DNA of 64,000 nucleotides from Lepidodermella squamata (taxonomy: Eukaryota > Animalia > Gastrotricha): contig JBLDXI010000043.1 of NCBI GenBank assembly GCA_047495785.1, positions 678,473 to 742,472 on the forward strand, in the 5' to 3' direction. The position numbers and the translations under genes are program-made. This document shows, piece after piece, positions 63,101-64,000 of the stretch. Below the pieces are notes generated by a model, which saw only the letters and a program-made list of their open reading frames with translations, searched no databases and was not told where the DNA came from. The first letter of the stretch is position 1. Each line of letters begins with the position of its first letter.

Positions 63101-64000
63101 TTCATTCGTTAGTGGCAACAAGCGCTACCACGTTTGCAAGCATTCCGCTGACATTTCGGATGACCGATATTTCGCTGCCAGCCAAAACAGGCTGAAATCG
63201 CAGTTTCAACCCTTGTACGTTGCGCAGCTCATCGGCATCGTGCCGAATCCGGGCAAACCATGCATATTCGCGCTTCATTCGTTAGTGGCAACAAGCGCTA
63301 CCACGTTTGTAGGCGATCCGCTGACATTTCGGATGACCGATATTTCGCTGCCAGCCAAAACAGGCTGAAATCGCAGTTTCAACCCATGTACGTTGCGCAG
63401 CTCATCGGCATCGTGCCGAATCCGGGCGAACCATGCATATTCGCGCTTCATTCGTTAGTGGCAACAAGCGCTACCACGTTTGCAGGCGATCCGCTGACAT
63501 TTCGGATGACCGATATTTCGCTGCCAGCCAAAACAGGCTGAAATCGCAGTTTCAACCCTTGTACGTTGCGCAGCTCATCGGCATCGTGCCGAATCCGGGC
63601 AATCATGCATATTCGCGCTTCATTCGTTAGTGCGCAACAAGCGCTACCACGTTTGCAGGCGATCCGCTGACATTTCGGATGACCGATATTTCGCTGCCAG
63701 CCAAAACAGGCTGAAATCGCAGTTTCAACCCTTGTACGTTGCGCAGCTCATCGGCATCGTGCCGAATCCGGGCGAACCATGCATATTCGCGCTTCATTCG
63801 TTAGTGGCAACAAGCGCTACCACGTTTGCAGGCGATCCGCTGACATTTCGGATGACCGATATTTCGCTGCCAGCCAAAACAGGCTGAAATCGCAGTTTCA
63901 ACCCCTTGTACGTTGCGCAGCTCATCGGCATCGTGCCTAATCCGGGCGAACCATGCATATTCGCGCTTCATTCGTAGTGGCAACAAGCGCTACCACGGTT

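Larger units (their letters stand above)
31109..64000 (+). repeat. 173-bp tandem satellite array, about 180 monomers, running off the window end (centromere-like)
   Basis: Head-to-tail monomer AGGCTGAAATCGCAGTTTCAACCCTTGTACGTTGCGCAGCTCATCGGCATCGTGCCGAATCCGGGCGAACCATGCATATTCGCGCTTCATTCGTTAGTGGCAACAAGCGCTACCACGTTTGCAGGCGATCCGCTGACATTTCGGATGACCGATATTTCGCTGCCAGCCAAAAC. ORF-track hits recur every 173 bp. Only a few variant sites per monomer. Confidence 0.99.

Noticed and set aside
31004-63986. Over 150 near-identical 93-aa ORFs (MHIRASFVSGNKRY...)
   Set aside because: By-product of a stop-poor 173-bp monomer whose length is not a multiple of 3. ORFs overlap and shift frame each unit, with no protein motif.
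31109-64000. CRISPR-like array or tandem RNA gene (5S, SL, snRNA) array
   Set aside because: No unique spacers and no cas genes. I recognised no 5S, spliced-leader, Sm-site or A/B-box sequence in the monomer. An Rfam scan would be the formal test.

Overview
Eukaryotic, almost certainly invertebrate animal, DNA running from a gene-bearing flank into a large satellite array. 1-3.4 kb: a two-exon CCR4/CNOT6 deadenylase gene. 4.8-7.0 kb: a Tc2-like MITE, an orphan island of about 5.4 copies of a 173-bp satellite, and a dense, partly decayed tRNA cluster. 11.45-30.13 kb: a 23-exon plus-strand gene missed by the ORF track, which I spliced by hand. It encodes a 645-aa putatively secreted protein of twelve 4-Cys modules arranged as four trimeric super-repeats. 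Its 11.6-kb first intron holds two RTE LINE fragments, a Mutator-type MITE and a full-length AP-endonuclease/RT LINE with a younger relative nested inside it. 31.1-64 kb: about 180 copies of a homogeneous 173-bp satellite with layered variants, local higher-order duplications (3-, 6-, 8-, 11- and 23-mers) and a 794-bp Harbinger-type MITE duplicated along with its satellite block. All coordinates and alignments were read by eye and no database searches were run.
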